The notes beneath the pieces are model-generated. The model worked only from the letters and a program-made list of their open reading frames with translations, searched no databases and had not been told where the DNA came from. A DNA stretch of 64,000 nt from Patescibacteria group bacterium (GTDB lineage Bacteria > Patescibacteriota > Patescibacteriia > SG8-24 > DYFX01). Shown one piece after another: positions 48,361 through 57,157 of this stretch. Position 1 is the stretch's first letter. Each line of letters begins with the position of its first letter. The translations under genes were made by a program, and so were the position numbers. The DNA is taken from positions 21,427-85,426 of the forward strand of contig JBAZZB010000002.1 in NCBI GenBank assembly GCA_041659045.1. The letters are read 5' to 3'.

Positions 48361-51300
48361 TTAGAGCGCGGTCAGGTCAACCGTGAACTCGCAGCCGGCG
48401 GGGTTCGAAAGTTCAACCCTCCAGCCGCTGTTGAAGTCCGTATCGGTCGAGCGCATCTCGACCAAGCGCGTCGTGTAACCGGCGCCGCCCTGGATTCGAA
48501 GGTTTCCGGCCCTGATGGAACCGTCGGCCTGAATCGTCGGTTGGGTCGGGACCTGCACCTGGAAGACAGCAGTGACGCCGGAGGCAACCTGGCAGGTGTC
48601 ATGCACGCGGAGCGTGTTGCCCTGGAAGCGCAGATCGCGCAGCCACGACTGAACCGCATCCGAGTTGCGCGAGTACGCCGGTGTCAGGTTCGCCTGAGCC
48701 GTCACGACATCGCCGGACTTCGCGTACGTCATTGAAGAGACGGATTCGTTCTGTTCGATGATCGAGCCGTTGCGGCTGAAGCGGACGACGTTATGTGCAC
48801 CGACCGAGAGCTGCAAGCCGCTGTGCGACCACATGTTGTTCGTCGCCGCGAGCCAACCATTGCGATAGAAGGTGAAGGCACCCTGATCGTGGTGGGCGTG
48901 CGATTCGTCATACGGACCAGCAACGAACGAGAGCCATGACGCGTTGGTGTTCCAAGAGCTGCGAGCGAAGAAGTGGCCGACGCCCGTGGCGTGGTATTCA
49001 AGCGCGGTCGGAGCCGTGGCAGCATCGGAAGTCGTCAGCAGCGACGGGCGCAGGTTAAAGCCCGTGAGCGACGTGACCGAGTTGTTGTTCAGCCACCACG
49101 TACCGCGGCGAGCCTGTTCGGTGCCTGTCACGAGAGAGACGGCTTCGCGAACGAGGTTCTCGTGGTAGTCGTAGAGTTCCGGCTGAGAAACGCGGGACTG
49201 GTCGCCGATCGGAGCGAAGCGATCCATCATCGGGACGGTCGCGTGGATCCAATAGTCGATCGTGTCTTTGGCGTGCGTGGAGAACCTCGAAAGGTCTTCA
49301 CCTGTCGACGCCTTCCACATGCGGTAGTCCTCGAAGAGGTTCTTCTGCGCGGTGCCGTAACCAGTACCTTCGCGTGAACCACCACCGTTGATGCGAGCGA
49401 AGTAGTCCACGAGCGGCGGATACTTGTTCTGCTGGAGGAAGCTCATCCACGTCGTGTTCTGCGAAGCGAGTGCCCAGAGCTGGGTCGCTTTCAAGAAGCT
49501 GAAGTGGTAGTTGTTACCCGGGTTATCAATCGACCAGCCGCTCCAAGGAGCGGAGCGCGTGCCCCAACGAGCGTTCGCGGGGTCCCAGACGTTGGCAATT
49601 GTACGATCAGCGAAGGCGGCCCAGCGTGTGCGCTGCGAGGCCGTGAGTCGGTCATATCCATGGTCGTACGTGAGTGCGACCTGTTCCATGACCCAACCCA
49701 CTTCAAGATACGAGTCGCCTGCAACCTCTGGGTTGCGACCTGCGGCGATATCCGCTTCCGCTTCAGCAACCAAGGCATCAACCCTGGCGATCGCGTGCGT
49801 GATATAGGAAGCTTGGTTCGTAAGAGCGTACATCACGACAGCGTCGCTCGGGGTATAGCCGTAGCCCGGGGAACCAGCGACTGCGGAGTCCACCCAGCTC
49901 CTAAAGCTGGCGTAGGTCGGCGCGGTTTGCTTGTAGTCTCGGAGTGAGATGAACGGACGGCTCGATGGGAAGCTATAGGTGTAGCCGGGGTAGATCGTAC
50001 TTGTTGGCGGCGGCGAGCACGTCTGTGTGGTGGCCGGGCTCGGGGTCGTAGCCGTCGAGCAATTGGTCGTCATCGTGCAGGTGCGCGTCTGGCTGCCGCT
50101 CGCGGAACAAGCGTTCCAAGCGGTACACGTCCAGGTATCGGCGGTACAAGCAGGCGGCGTTGTGGTAGTCGGAGTGCAGGACTGCGTCGTGGCCGGGCTC
50201 GGAGTCGTGACGCCGGTGCAATCCGTCGTCATGCTGCAAGAGCGCGTCTGGCCGCCACTTGCGGAACAGGCGTTCCAATCCGTGCAGGACCACGTATCGG
50301 CCGTGCAAGAAGGCGAAGTTGAAGGAGCCGTGCAAGACTGGGTCGTCGCCGGGCTCGGCGTCGTGACGCCGGCGCAGTCAGCGGTCATAAGGCAGCTGCG
50401 AGCCTGGTTTCCGCTGGTCGAGCACATGACCCAATCCGTGCAGGACCACGTATCGGCCGTGCAAGAGGTCGCTCCGCCACCTGTCGAGCTGCTGCCGGGC
50501 ACCACAACATACAGGTGCGCGTCATCAACCGTAGCGGTAATCGTTCCGCCGTCATCCAGTTTGAACTGGAAGAAGACGCGTTCAAGCTGCTGGTTATTGG
50601 TGTTGAGGTTCAAGTAGACATCGACGACCTGCGTGCTCACCGGATAGTCCTGGCAGGTCGAAATTGGATCGCTGGACGAAGACAGGTAGGCAAGCGAGCA
50701 GACCTGCAAGCGGAGACCCGCAGTGGACGCACTGTCGACGCGCACTTTCGCCTTGACCGACACGGAGCTACCAAGAGGGCCACCGTTATACGGATAGTTG
50801 TGAGCGAAGGCAACGCGACCATACGAGTTCACCGTCACACGAAGGCTGTTCGTGCCCTGGAGCGTGCTCGCGGTCGTGCGAGCGACCATGCCGTCGGCGG
50901 ATTCGTTCGGTTCGAAGCCGGCGACCGACGTTTCGAATCCGTTGTCAGTAATAAGGTCAACGAGCTGGTAACCGGAAGGTACCGTCGGCATCGTGCCGGT
51001 GCTCGGTGTCGGTGCAGGCGTCGTGGCCGGCGGAGTGCAGGTTTGCGTGGTCACCGGGCTCGGAGTCACAGTGCTTGCGCACGCATTCGTGATGATGCAA
51101 ATGCGCTGCTGGGTGCCACTCGCGGAACACGTATTCCAACCCGTGCAAGACCAAATGTCGGCCGTGCAGCTCGGAGTTGTTGGCGTCATGGTCGTTGGGG
51201 TGCAGGACTGTGTCGTGGCCGGGCTTGGAGTCGTAACACCAGCGCAGTCAGCGGTCATGGTGCAGACGCGCGTCTGGCTGCCACTCGTCGAACACGAGTT

Positions 51301-51972
51301 CCAATCGGTGCAAGACCACGTATCGGCCGTGCAGCTCGGGGTCGGTACTGGTGTCGGAGTGGGCGTCGGGGTCGGAGCCGGAGTTTCGCCTGTCGGAGGC
51401 GTCGGCAAAGGTGTCGTCGTGGCAACATCACCAAGACCCTTATCAGCGTTAATCGTGGTGGCCGAAGCGAGTTCGGCGTTGCGATCGTAGTCCGCGGCGG
51501 AAGCGATCGGCGAGCCGATCGTGTAGTTTACGAAGAAAGCGTCCGGGATATCATCAACGAGTGACGCCCAGCCCGCTCCAAAAAGCGTAGCGGCGACAGC
51601 CTCGGAGGCCACGTGACGCAAAACGCCTCCGCGGGAAATCGCGTAGACCTTAGGGTCCGTGTCGATTTTGATCATGCGGAAACCTGGGCGATACGTGACG
51701 TTGCCGCCAATGCGGCTCGCGGCCAGTTCAGCGGCGGTAACCGTCTGAACGCTGGAGAAGTCGACGTACCATGTGCGAAACACCCGTTCGTTCGGGAAGA
51801 CGTAACGCCGGCCGTTTGAACCGAAGTAGTAGACGGCGGGATTATCGGCGCGCTTGATGAGAGCACCCGGCGTCGGTGCGGCTTTTGCCGTAAGAGGCAT
51901 GCCGACGAACGACGTCGCGAGCGTAAGGAGGAGGATCAAGGCACGGAACGCGTTCGTCTTCTTCATAGGCAT
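48361..51972 (-). CDS. giant secreted protein: conserved N-terminal module, PT linker, 45-aa Cys-rich tandem repeats, CBM4/9-like domain, heparinase II/III-like (polysaccharide-lyase fold) C-terminal domain
   Basis: Signal peptide MPMKKTNAFRALILLLTLATSFVGMPLTAKA. Module YYFGSNGRRYVFPNERVFRTWY…IGGNVTYRPGFRMIKIDTDPKVY. Repeats SCTADTWSCTDWNxCSxSGxQTRxCxMTxDCAGVTTPSPATTQ in two plus four copies. CBM-like NGFETSVAGFEPNES…. C-terminal region …HHDQGAFTFYRNGWLAATN… Paralog of 57158..60580. Confidence 0.8.
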   Translation of the reverse strand: MPMKKTNAFRALILLLTLATSFVGMPLTAKAAPTPGALIKRADNPAVYYFGSNGRRYVFPNERVFRTWYVDFSSVQTVTAAELAASRIGGNVTYRPGFRMIKIDTDPKVYAISRGGVLRHVASEAVAATLFGAGWASLVDDIPDAFFVNYTIGSPIASAADYDRNAELASATTINADKGLGDVATTTPLPTPPTGETPAPTPTPTPTPVPTPSCTADTWSCTDWNSCSTSGSQTRVCTMTADCAGVTTPSPATTQSCTPTTMTPTTPSCTADIWSCTGWNTCSASGTQQRICIITNACASTVTPSPVTTQTCTPPATTPAPTPSTGTMPTVPSGYQLVDLITDNGFETSVAGFEPNESADGMVARTTASTLQGTNSLRVTVNSYGRVAFAHNYPYNGGPLGSSVSVKAKVRVDSASTAGLRLQVCSLAYLSSSSDPISTCQDYPVSTQVVDVYLNLNTNNQQLERVFFQFKLDDGGTITATVDDAHLYVVVPGSSSTGGGATSCTADTWSCTDWVMCSTSGNQARSCLMTADCAGVTTPSPATTQSCTAPSTSPSCTADTWSCTDWNACSASGGQTRSCSMTTDCTGVTTPSPATTQSCTPTTTTPPACTADTWTCTAWNACSASGSQTRTCTMTTNCSTATTPSPATTQTCSPPPTSTIYPGYTYSFPSSRPFISLRDYKQTAPTYASFRSWVDSAVAGSPGYGYTPSDAVVMYALTNQASYITHAIARVDALVAEAEADIAAGRNPEVAGDSYLEVGWVMEQVALTYDHGYDRLTASQRTRWAAFADRTIANVWDPANARWGTRSAPWSGWSIDNPGNNYHFSFLKATQLWALASQNTTWMSFLQQNKYPPLVDYFARINGGGSREGTGYGTAQKNLFEDYRMWKASTGEDLSRFSTHAKDTIDYWIHATVPMMDRFAPIGDQSRVSQPELYDYHENLVREAVSLVTGTEQARRGTWWLNNNSVTSLTGFNLRPSLLTTSDAATAPTALEYHATGVGHFFARSSWNTNASWLSFVAGPYDESHAHHDQGAFTFYRNGWLAATNNMWSHSGLQLSVGAHNVVRFSRNGSIIEQNESVSSMTYAKSGDVVTAQANLTPAYSRNSDAVQSWLRDLRFQGNTLRVHDTCQVASGVTAVFQVQVPTQPTIQADGSIRAGNLRIQGGAGYTTRLVEMRSTDTDFNSGWRVELSNPAGCEFTVDLTAL

Positions 51973-51989
51973 TTGGGTTTAAGAACTAT

Positions 51990-52018
51990 ATTGTATCAAA
52001 AAAACGTCAAGAGTTCAA
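51990..52018 (-). promoter_or_regulatory. sigma70-like promoter (TTGAAC, 17 nt, TACAAT), duplicated with 60597..60625
   Basis: Minus strand reads TTGAAC tcttgacgtttttttga TACAAT about 15 nt before the ATG. The ~50 bp upstream region is near-identical between the two paralogs. Confidence 0.45.
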
Positions 52019-52192
52019 GTCCACTTTTCCTCTTGTAGATGATTGAGCTGTTAAAGAAGTTGCCCACAGTCCCCACTTACCTGAAATTATGCTAGGATAA
52101 AAGTAATTGCTCACCTGCATGAGCGATGCCTGGTCGCTGTAATGACGCAGAACAACTAAGTTCTCGTCCATTACTGCGTCTAATAGACTGGC

Positions 52193-53998
52193 ATGAAAAA
52201 ATATGTGCGCGCGTCGAGCGGCTTTGCGGCTCTTTTTTTAGCTTTAATTCTTGCTCTACCGTTTAGTGCCAAGGCGGCAACGACGCCATCACTTGGTGCG
52301 GCGGCAGAGTATGCCATCTTGGCTAGCACCTACACCAACACGGTGGGTGGCACTACGGTCACTGGTAGTATCGGCTTCACAACACCTCCGGGTGTTGTCC
52401 CAGGTGGCGTCCACGCGAACTACGGTTCCGGCGCCCCGTATTCTACGGCCGGCACTGATCAAGGTACGGCACTTAGCGCTCTTGCGGCACAGGCCTGTAC
52501 ATTCACGTTCGCCCCAGGCGCAATTAACCTCTCAACCGACATCACGCACGGCCCGGTCGGTGTCTATACGCCTGGTGTCTATTGCAGCTCTGGAGCTATG
52601 AACGTCGGCGGTCCCCTGACCTTAAACGGCAGCGGCACCTACATCTTTAGAGCGGTCGGAGCGCTCACCTCGACGGCCGGCGCTGTCGTCACACTCTCTG
52701 GCGCTTCTGCTTGCGACGTCTTCTGGACGCCGACGCAAGCCACGACCTTGGCCGCCAACACGACATTTGCCGGTACCGTCATCGATAACGCAGGAGTGAC
52801 CGTGGGTGCCAACACCACATGGTCCGGTCGCGCTCTCGCCTTCGGAGGCACGGTTTCGACCGATACCGACACCATCAGCGTACCGACCTGCACGACGACG
52901 ACAACCACGACGTCGAGCAGCCCAAACCGCGGATCCATCGCTGTCATCAAGCGGGTTATCAACGATAACGGCGGTACCAGCACGATTGCGAACTTCCCCT
53001 TGTATGTGAACGGAACGCCGGTCGCTTCCGGTGTGAGCAATGATTTTTCGGCTCCGGCGGGCGTCTATACGGTAACGGAGAGAACGGATGAGCGTTATAC
53101 GCAAATCTTTTCCGGCGATTGCGACGCAAGCGGGCGTTTGAACCTGAACCCAGGCGATGTCCGTATCTGTATCGTCACGAACGACGACATTGGAGCGCCT
53201 GTGGCTGTTCCGCCCGTGCCGCCGCTGATCGATGTCGTGAAGGTTCCGAGTCCCCTCTCGTTGCCGAACGGCCCTGGTTTGGTGGAATACACCTACACCC
53301 TTCGCAACATCGGAACCGTTCCGGTCACGGACGTCACAATGGTCGGTGACACGTGCGTGCCGATCGTTCTCATGTCCGGCGACACGGATGCCGACTCTCG
53401 CCTTGATACGTCTGAAACGTGGGTCTATCGCTGCACGACACAGCTCAACGAAACGCATACGAATACCGTTGTCGCCACGGGTTGGGCAAACGGCATTAGC
53501 GCCGTTGATATCGCAAGCGCCTCGGTCGTCGTCGGCTTGCCGATCGTGCCGCCGCTGATTCACGTGACGAAGATTCCGAGCCCGCTCACGCTCGCCGCTG
53601 GAGGCGGAGTGGTCACCTACACCAAGAAAGTCACGAACCCAGGCATCGTAGCGCTGAGCAACGTCTACCTCACGGATGATATGTGCAGCTCTGTCGTGTA
53701 TGTGTCCGGCGATGCCAACAGCGATACGAAACTCGATACGTCGGAAACGTGGACCTATACCTGCCAAACAACGTTATTGAAAACTACGACGAATACCGTC
53801 ACGGCCAGCGGTGAAGCAAATGGTTTGACCGCAAGAGATTTCGCGGTCGCGACCGTTGTTGTCGCGGCTCTCGTGCCGAAACTGCCAAACACCGGATTCG
53901 CAAGCGCAAACATGGTCTTTGCCTGGAGCGCCTTCGCGGCAGCTCTGGTCATCAGCGCGGCACTCTGGGCAGTCCGTCGCAAAAGCCAGGTTCAATAA
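52193..53998 (+). CDS. LPXTG-anchored surface protein: DUF3494 (ice-binding-like) N-domain, prealbumin-like domain, two DUF11 repeats
   Basis: Signal peptide MKKYVRASSGFAALFLALILALPFSAKA. C-terminal sorting signal LPNTG plus hydrophobic helix plus RRKSQ. Internal modules are shared with 54743..57118. Confidence 0.8.
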   Translation: MKKYVRASSGFAALFLALILALPFSAKAATTPSLGAAAEYAILASTYTNTVGGTTVTGSIGFTTPPGVVPGGVHANYGSGAPYSTAGTDQGTALSALAAQACTFTFAPGAINLSTDITHGPVGVYTPGVYCSSGAMNVGGPLTLNGSGTYIFRAVGALTSTAGAVVTLSGASACDVFWTPTQATTLAANTTFAGTVIDNAGVTVGANTTWSGRALAFGGTVSTDTDTISVPTCTTTTTTTSSSPNRGSIAVIKRVINDNGGTSTIANFPLYVNGTPVASGVSNDFSAPAGVYTVTERTDERYTQIFSGDCDASGRLNLNPGDVRICIVTNDDIGAPVAVPPVPPLIDVVKVPSPLSLPNGPGLVEYTYTLRNIGTVPVTDVTMVGDTCVPIVLMSGDTDADSRLDTSETWVYRCTTQLNETHTNTVVATGWANGISAVDIASASVVVGLPIVPPLIHVTKIPSPLTLAAGGGVVTYTKKVTNPGIVALSNVYLTDDMCSSVVYVSGDANSDTKLDTSETWTYTCQTTLLKTTTNTVTASGEANGLTARDFAVATVVVAALVPKLPNTGFASANMVFAWSAFAAALVISAALWAVRRKSQVQ

Positions 53999-54089
53999 AC
54001 AGGAAACTCATTGCCGCGCTCATATTTTTGAGCGCGGCACCTGTTTTTTGTGGAAGATGAACATTTCTGAGAGCTGACTTGCAGAATCA

Positions 54090-54722
54090 ATGTCCCAAGT
54101 GCCACGCGAATTGAAAATCCGAGAGGAGCTAAGAACGTTTGCTGTTGTCTTGGCGGCAGGCAGCTTCTTGTTCGCGTACAACCTCTTGACGCGCGGAAGC
54201 GTCGTGCTTCCGGCGCGCGCAAGCGAGGCGGTCCAGACAGCAAACGTGTTGGCTGCCGCTGCGCCCACAAAGTACGTCGAGCAGCCGGCTCGTATCAGGA
54301 TCCCGCACATCGCGGTGAATGCGGCCATCGAACACGTCGCGCTCGCCAAAGACGGTTCTATGGACATACCGAAGCGTCCGATGAACGCCGCCTGGTACGA
54401 ACTTGGGCCGCGTCCCGGCGAGATCGGAAGCGCCGTACTCGCGGGCCACATCAATTGGTACAACGGCGCGCGAGGCGTCTTCAGGAATCTCCACAAGTTG
54501 AAACCTGGTCACACGATCCAAATCCAGGACACGAACGGAGTCGTTATGGTGTTTGTCATCAAAAACATCCAAGTCCTTCCCGCCGAGACGGATGCGACCA
54601 ACGTTTTTCATTCGGAAGACGGCAAAGCGCATCTGAATATCGTTACGTGCGGCGGCGTCTGGGACAAGCGAACGAAGCGGTATACGAAACGTCTTGTCGT
54701 GTTCGCAGATAAACAAGAATAA
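54090..54722 (+). CDS. sortase family transpeptidase
   Basis: N-terminal TM, catalytic His (AVLAGH) and the active-site Cys in LNIVTCGG; it sits directly downstream of the LPXTG substrate gene. Confidence 0.8.
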   Translation: MSQVPRELKIREELRTFAVVLAAGSFLFAYNLLTRGSVVLPARASEAVQTANVLAAAAPTKYVEQPARIRIPHIAVNAAIEHVALAKDGSMDIPKRPMNAAWYELGPRPGEIGSAVLAGHINWYNGARGVFRNLHKLKPGHTIQIQDTNGVVMVFVIKNIQVLPAETDATNVFHSEDGKAHLNIVTCGGVWDKRTKRYTKRLVVFADKQE

Positions 54723-54742
54723 CTCACGCGCACCGTCCGACT

Positions 54743-57118
54743 ATGCAAACGACTATGATACCTCGCACCAGAATCCGTGCGGTGCTGATTGGAGTCTCCG
54801 CCTTTTTCGGCCTGTTCTGTCTCGCATCGGCGACAAAAGCTGAGTCCCTGGTCCTCAACGCCGCCGCTGACTCGTACGTCCAAAGCGGGTCGCCAAACGC
54901 GAACAATGGCACCCAAAACATCATGGACCTGACCGACAATAAGCACGGTGTCATTCGTTTTGATCTCAGCGCGATTCCACCTGGGTCGACGATCACGTCG
55001 GCAATCTTGACGCTCCGAGCGACAGCCGTCGGCAATTCCGGATCGATTAAAAACTTCGGAATGCACCGAATCCTATCGGACTGGGTCGAAAACACCGTGA
55101 CATGGAACCTCCCGGGAAGCGCTGCGGGCACGCACTACGCGTCTGCGCCGATCCAGACGATCGCGGTCACAAACATCGGCCTTTATACCTGGAACGTTAC
55201 TTCCGACGTCGTGAGTTTTTCGAGCGGCTCTGAGGCGAATCGCGGCTGGCGCATTATCTGGTCGTCGAACACGAGCGGCGCAAGCAAGCAAGTCGACTTC
55301 GGATCGAAGGAAAATACCACGTCTACGAATCGTCCCAGTCTGACCGTCACCTATACACCGCCCGTTTCCGGATTGCAGCGCCAAGGAACGATCACCGTCT
55401 TGAAAGTCGTCATCAACGACAATGGCGGCCTAAAGGTTCCGGAGGATTTTCCAATTTTTGTCAATACGGAGCCGGTGACTTCCGGTATTTCGCATACCTT
55501 CCCCGCTCCGGCCGGTGTCTATGAAGTCAGTGAGCTCGGCGATCCAAACTATGTACGGTCGTTTTCGGGCGATTGCGATGCGGCCGGTCGATTAAACCTC
55601 AATCCCGGCGACGTGCGGTTTTGTATCATCAAGAACGACGATATCGGCCCACCCGTGCTGACCCCACCCCCCATCCCGCCACTGATCGGTGCCCTGCTGA
55701 CCGCGAATCCATTGGCGCTGCCGGACGGTCCCGGACGGGTTTCCTACGCGTACACGTTAAAGAATATCGGCTCAACCCCGATCACGGGAGTAACGATCGT
55801 CAGCGATACTTGTACGCCGACATTCTTGGGTTCGGGTGACACGAACAAAGACGCCAAACTTGATACAACGGAAACATGGGTCTATCAATGCGAAACGCAG
55901 ATTGAAGAAACGCGCACGAATACGACCATCACGACAGGGTGGGCCAACGGTCTGGTGACGGCCGATATTGAAGCATTGACGACCCTGGTCGGAACCTCGC
56001 TCGTAGCACCTATCATTCACGTGACGAAGGTTCCGAGTCCACTCGCCCTGAGCGCTGCCGGCGGCATCGTGACCTACACGCAGCAAATCACGAATCCCGG
56101 CACAGTCGCGCTCAGCAATGTACGCATCTCGGACGACGTTTGCGCGCCACTGCAGTACATTTCCGGCGACTCCAACGACGACGGTTTGCTCAACACGACC
56201 GAAACTTGGACGTACATCTGCCGGAAGGTGCTGACCAAGACCACGACCAACACCGTCGTCGTGAGCGGAGAAGCGAACGGTATGGTGGCAAGAGATTTTG
56301 CGCTGGCCACCGTTGTCCTGTCGGACGTGATGGATACGCACTACTACGGCGCCACAGAGGCAACAGCATCCGCGATGAGCATCAGCGCCAACAACGGTAT
56401 GCTGCTACCCCCTCTTGGCCAACCCGCATTATGTGCTGACGGCAGTCTCATGACATTGCCAGATGACGGCAATGCTTCCACACAGTCCGACTCCGCGCTC
56501 TATGTGTGTGGCATGGACGGAAAACGTTACGTCTTTCCGGATGTGGGAACGTATTACAGCTGGTACAAGGACTTTCAAGGCGTGAGCGTCGTCTCCGCAG
56601 AGTTTCTAGCGACTCTCCCGCTTGCCGGAAACGTCACCTACCGTCCAGGCCAGCGTTTATTGAAGATCGAGTCGGATCCAAAAACCTATGCTGTCGCGCA
56701 AGGTGGCGTGCTGCGCTGGGTCGTCGACGAATCGACGGCACAAGCCCTTTACGGAGCGCAGTGGAATACGTTCGTCTCAGACATTCCTGTTTCACTCTTC
56801 AGCGACTACCGCATCGGCGATCCTATTACGACGCAGGACGTGCTTCCGGATTCGATTCCTCCGCGCTCGGTTTGCATCGCGACTGCTGATTTTACCAAGT
56901 ATCTTTCGTTCGAAAGTGTGGACGCTGAGGTACGACCACTTCAGGAGCTGCTGCAGTGCCTTGGATACTTCCGAGCCGATGTGGCGCCAAACGGCTACTT
57001 CGGAGTTCAAACCAAGGTTGCCGTGGAGAAATTCCAAACCGCGCGCGGTATCGCGTCTGTCGGCTACGTTGGGCCAGCCACGCGTGCGGCTCTGAATACC
57101 TACGTCGAAGGTCGATAA
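54743..57118 (+). CDS. surface protein: DNRLRE-like N-domain, prealbumin-like plus two DUF11 repeats, conserved ~110-aa module, PG_binding_1 domain
   Basis: Signal peptide …SAFFGLFCLASATKA. DNRLRE-like segment LVLNAAADSYVQSGSPNANNG…FDLSAIPPGSTITSAILTL. Conserved module YVCGMDGKRYVFPDVGTYYSWY…AGNVTYRPGQRLLKIESDPKTY. C-terminal LQELLQCLGYFRADVAPNGYFGVQTKVAVEKFQTARG is a peptidoglycan-binding domain. Confidence 0.8.
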   Translation: MQTTMIPRTRIRAVLIGVSAFFGLFCLASATKAESLVLNAAADSYVQSGSPNANNGTQNIMDLTDNKHGVIRFDLSAIPPGSTITSAILTLRATAVGNSGSIKNFGMHRILSDWVENTVTWNLPGSAAGTHYASAPIQTIAVTNIGLYTWNVTSDVVSFSSGSEANRGWRIIWSSNTSGASKQVDFGSKENTTSTNRPSLTVTYTPPVSGLQRQGTITVLKVVINDNGGLKVPEDFPIFVNTEPVTSGISHTFPAPAGVYEVSELGDPNYVRSFSGDCDAAGRLNLNPGDVRFCIIKNDDIGPPVLTPPPIPPLIGALLTANPLALPDGPGRVSYAYTLKNIGSTPITGVTIVSDTCTPTFLGSGDTNKDAKLDTTETWVYQCETQIEETRTNTTITTGWANGLVTADIEALTTLVGTSLVAPIIHVTKVPSPLALSAAGGIVTYTQQITNPGTVALSNVRISDDVCAPLQYISGDSNDDGLLNTTETWTYICRKVLTKTTTNTVVVSGEANGMVARDFALATVVLSDVMDTHYYGATEATASAMSISANNGMLLPPLGQPALCADGSLMTLPDDGNASTQSDSALYVCGMDGKRYVFPDVGTYYSWYKDFQGVSVVSAEFLATLPLAGNVTYRPGQRLLKIESDPKTYAVAQGGVLRWVVDESTAQALYGAQWNTFVSDIPVSLFSDYRIGDPITTQDVLPDSIPPRSVCIATADFTKYLSFESVDAEVRPLQELLQCLGYFRADVAPNGYFGVQTKVAVEKFQTARGIASVGYVGPATRAALNTYVEGR

Positions 57119-57120
57119 GA

Positions 57121-57155
57121 AAAACACCCCGCATGCGCGGGGTGTTTTTTTGTCC
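57121..57155. terminator. bidirectional terminator
   Basis: AAAACACCCCGCATGCGCGGGGTGTTTTTTTG palindrome. Confidence 0.6.
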
Positions 57156-57157
57156 GA

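Noticed and set aside
49905-51375. CRISPR-like regular DNA repeats
   Set aside because: The 135-bp periodic repeats are in-frame coding repeats (Cys-rich domains) without unique spacers. No CRISPR array or cas genes are present in the window.
50515-51564. R-rich plus-strand ORFs inside the giant protein genes (also 50027..50617, 50993..51490, 58085..59134, 58923..59309, 59796..60098, 52622..53767 minus, 55772..56341 minus)
   Set aside because: Antisense translations of Thr/Ser/Cys-rich repeat regions. The repetitive composition yields long open shadows.
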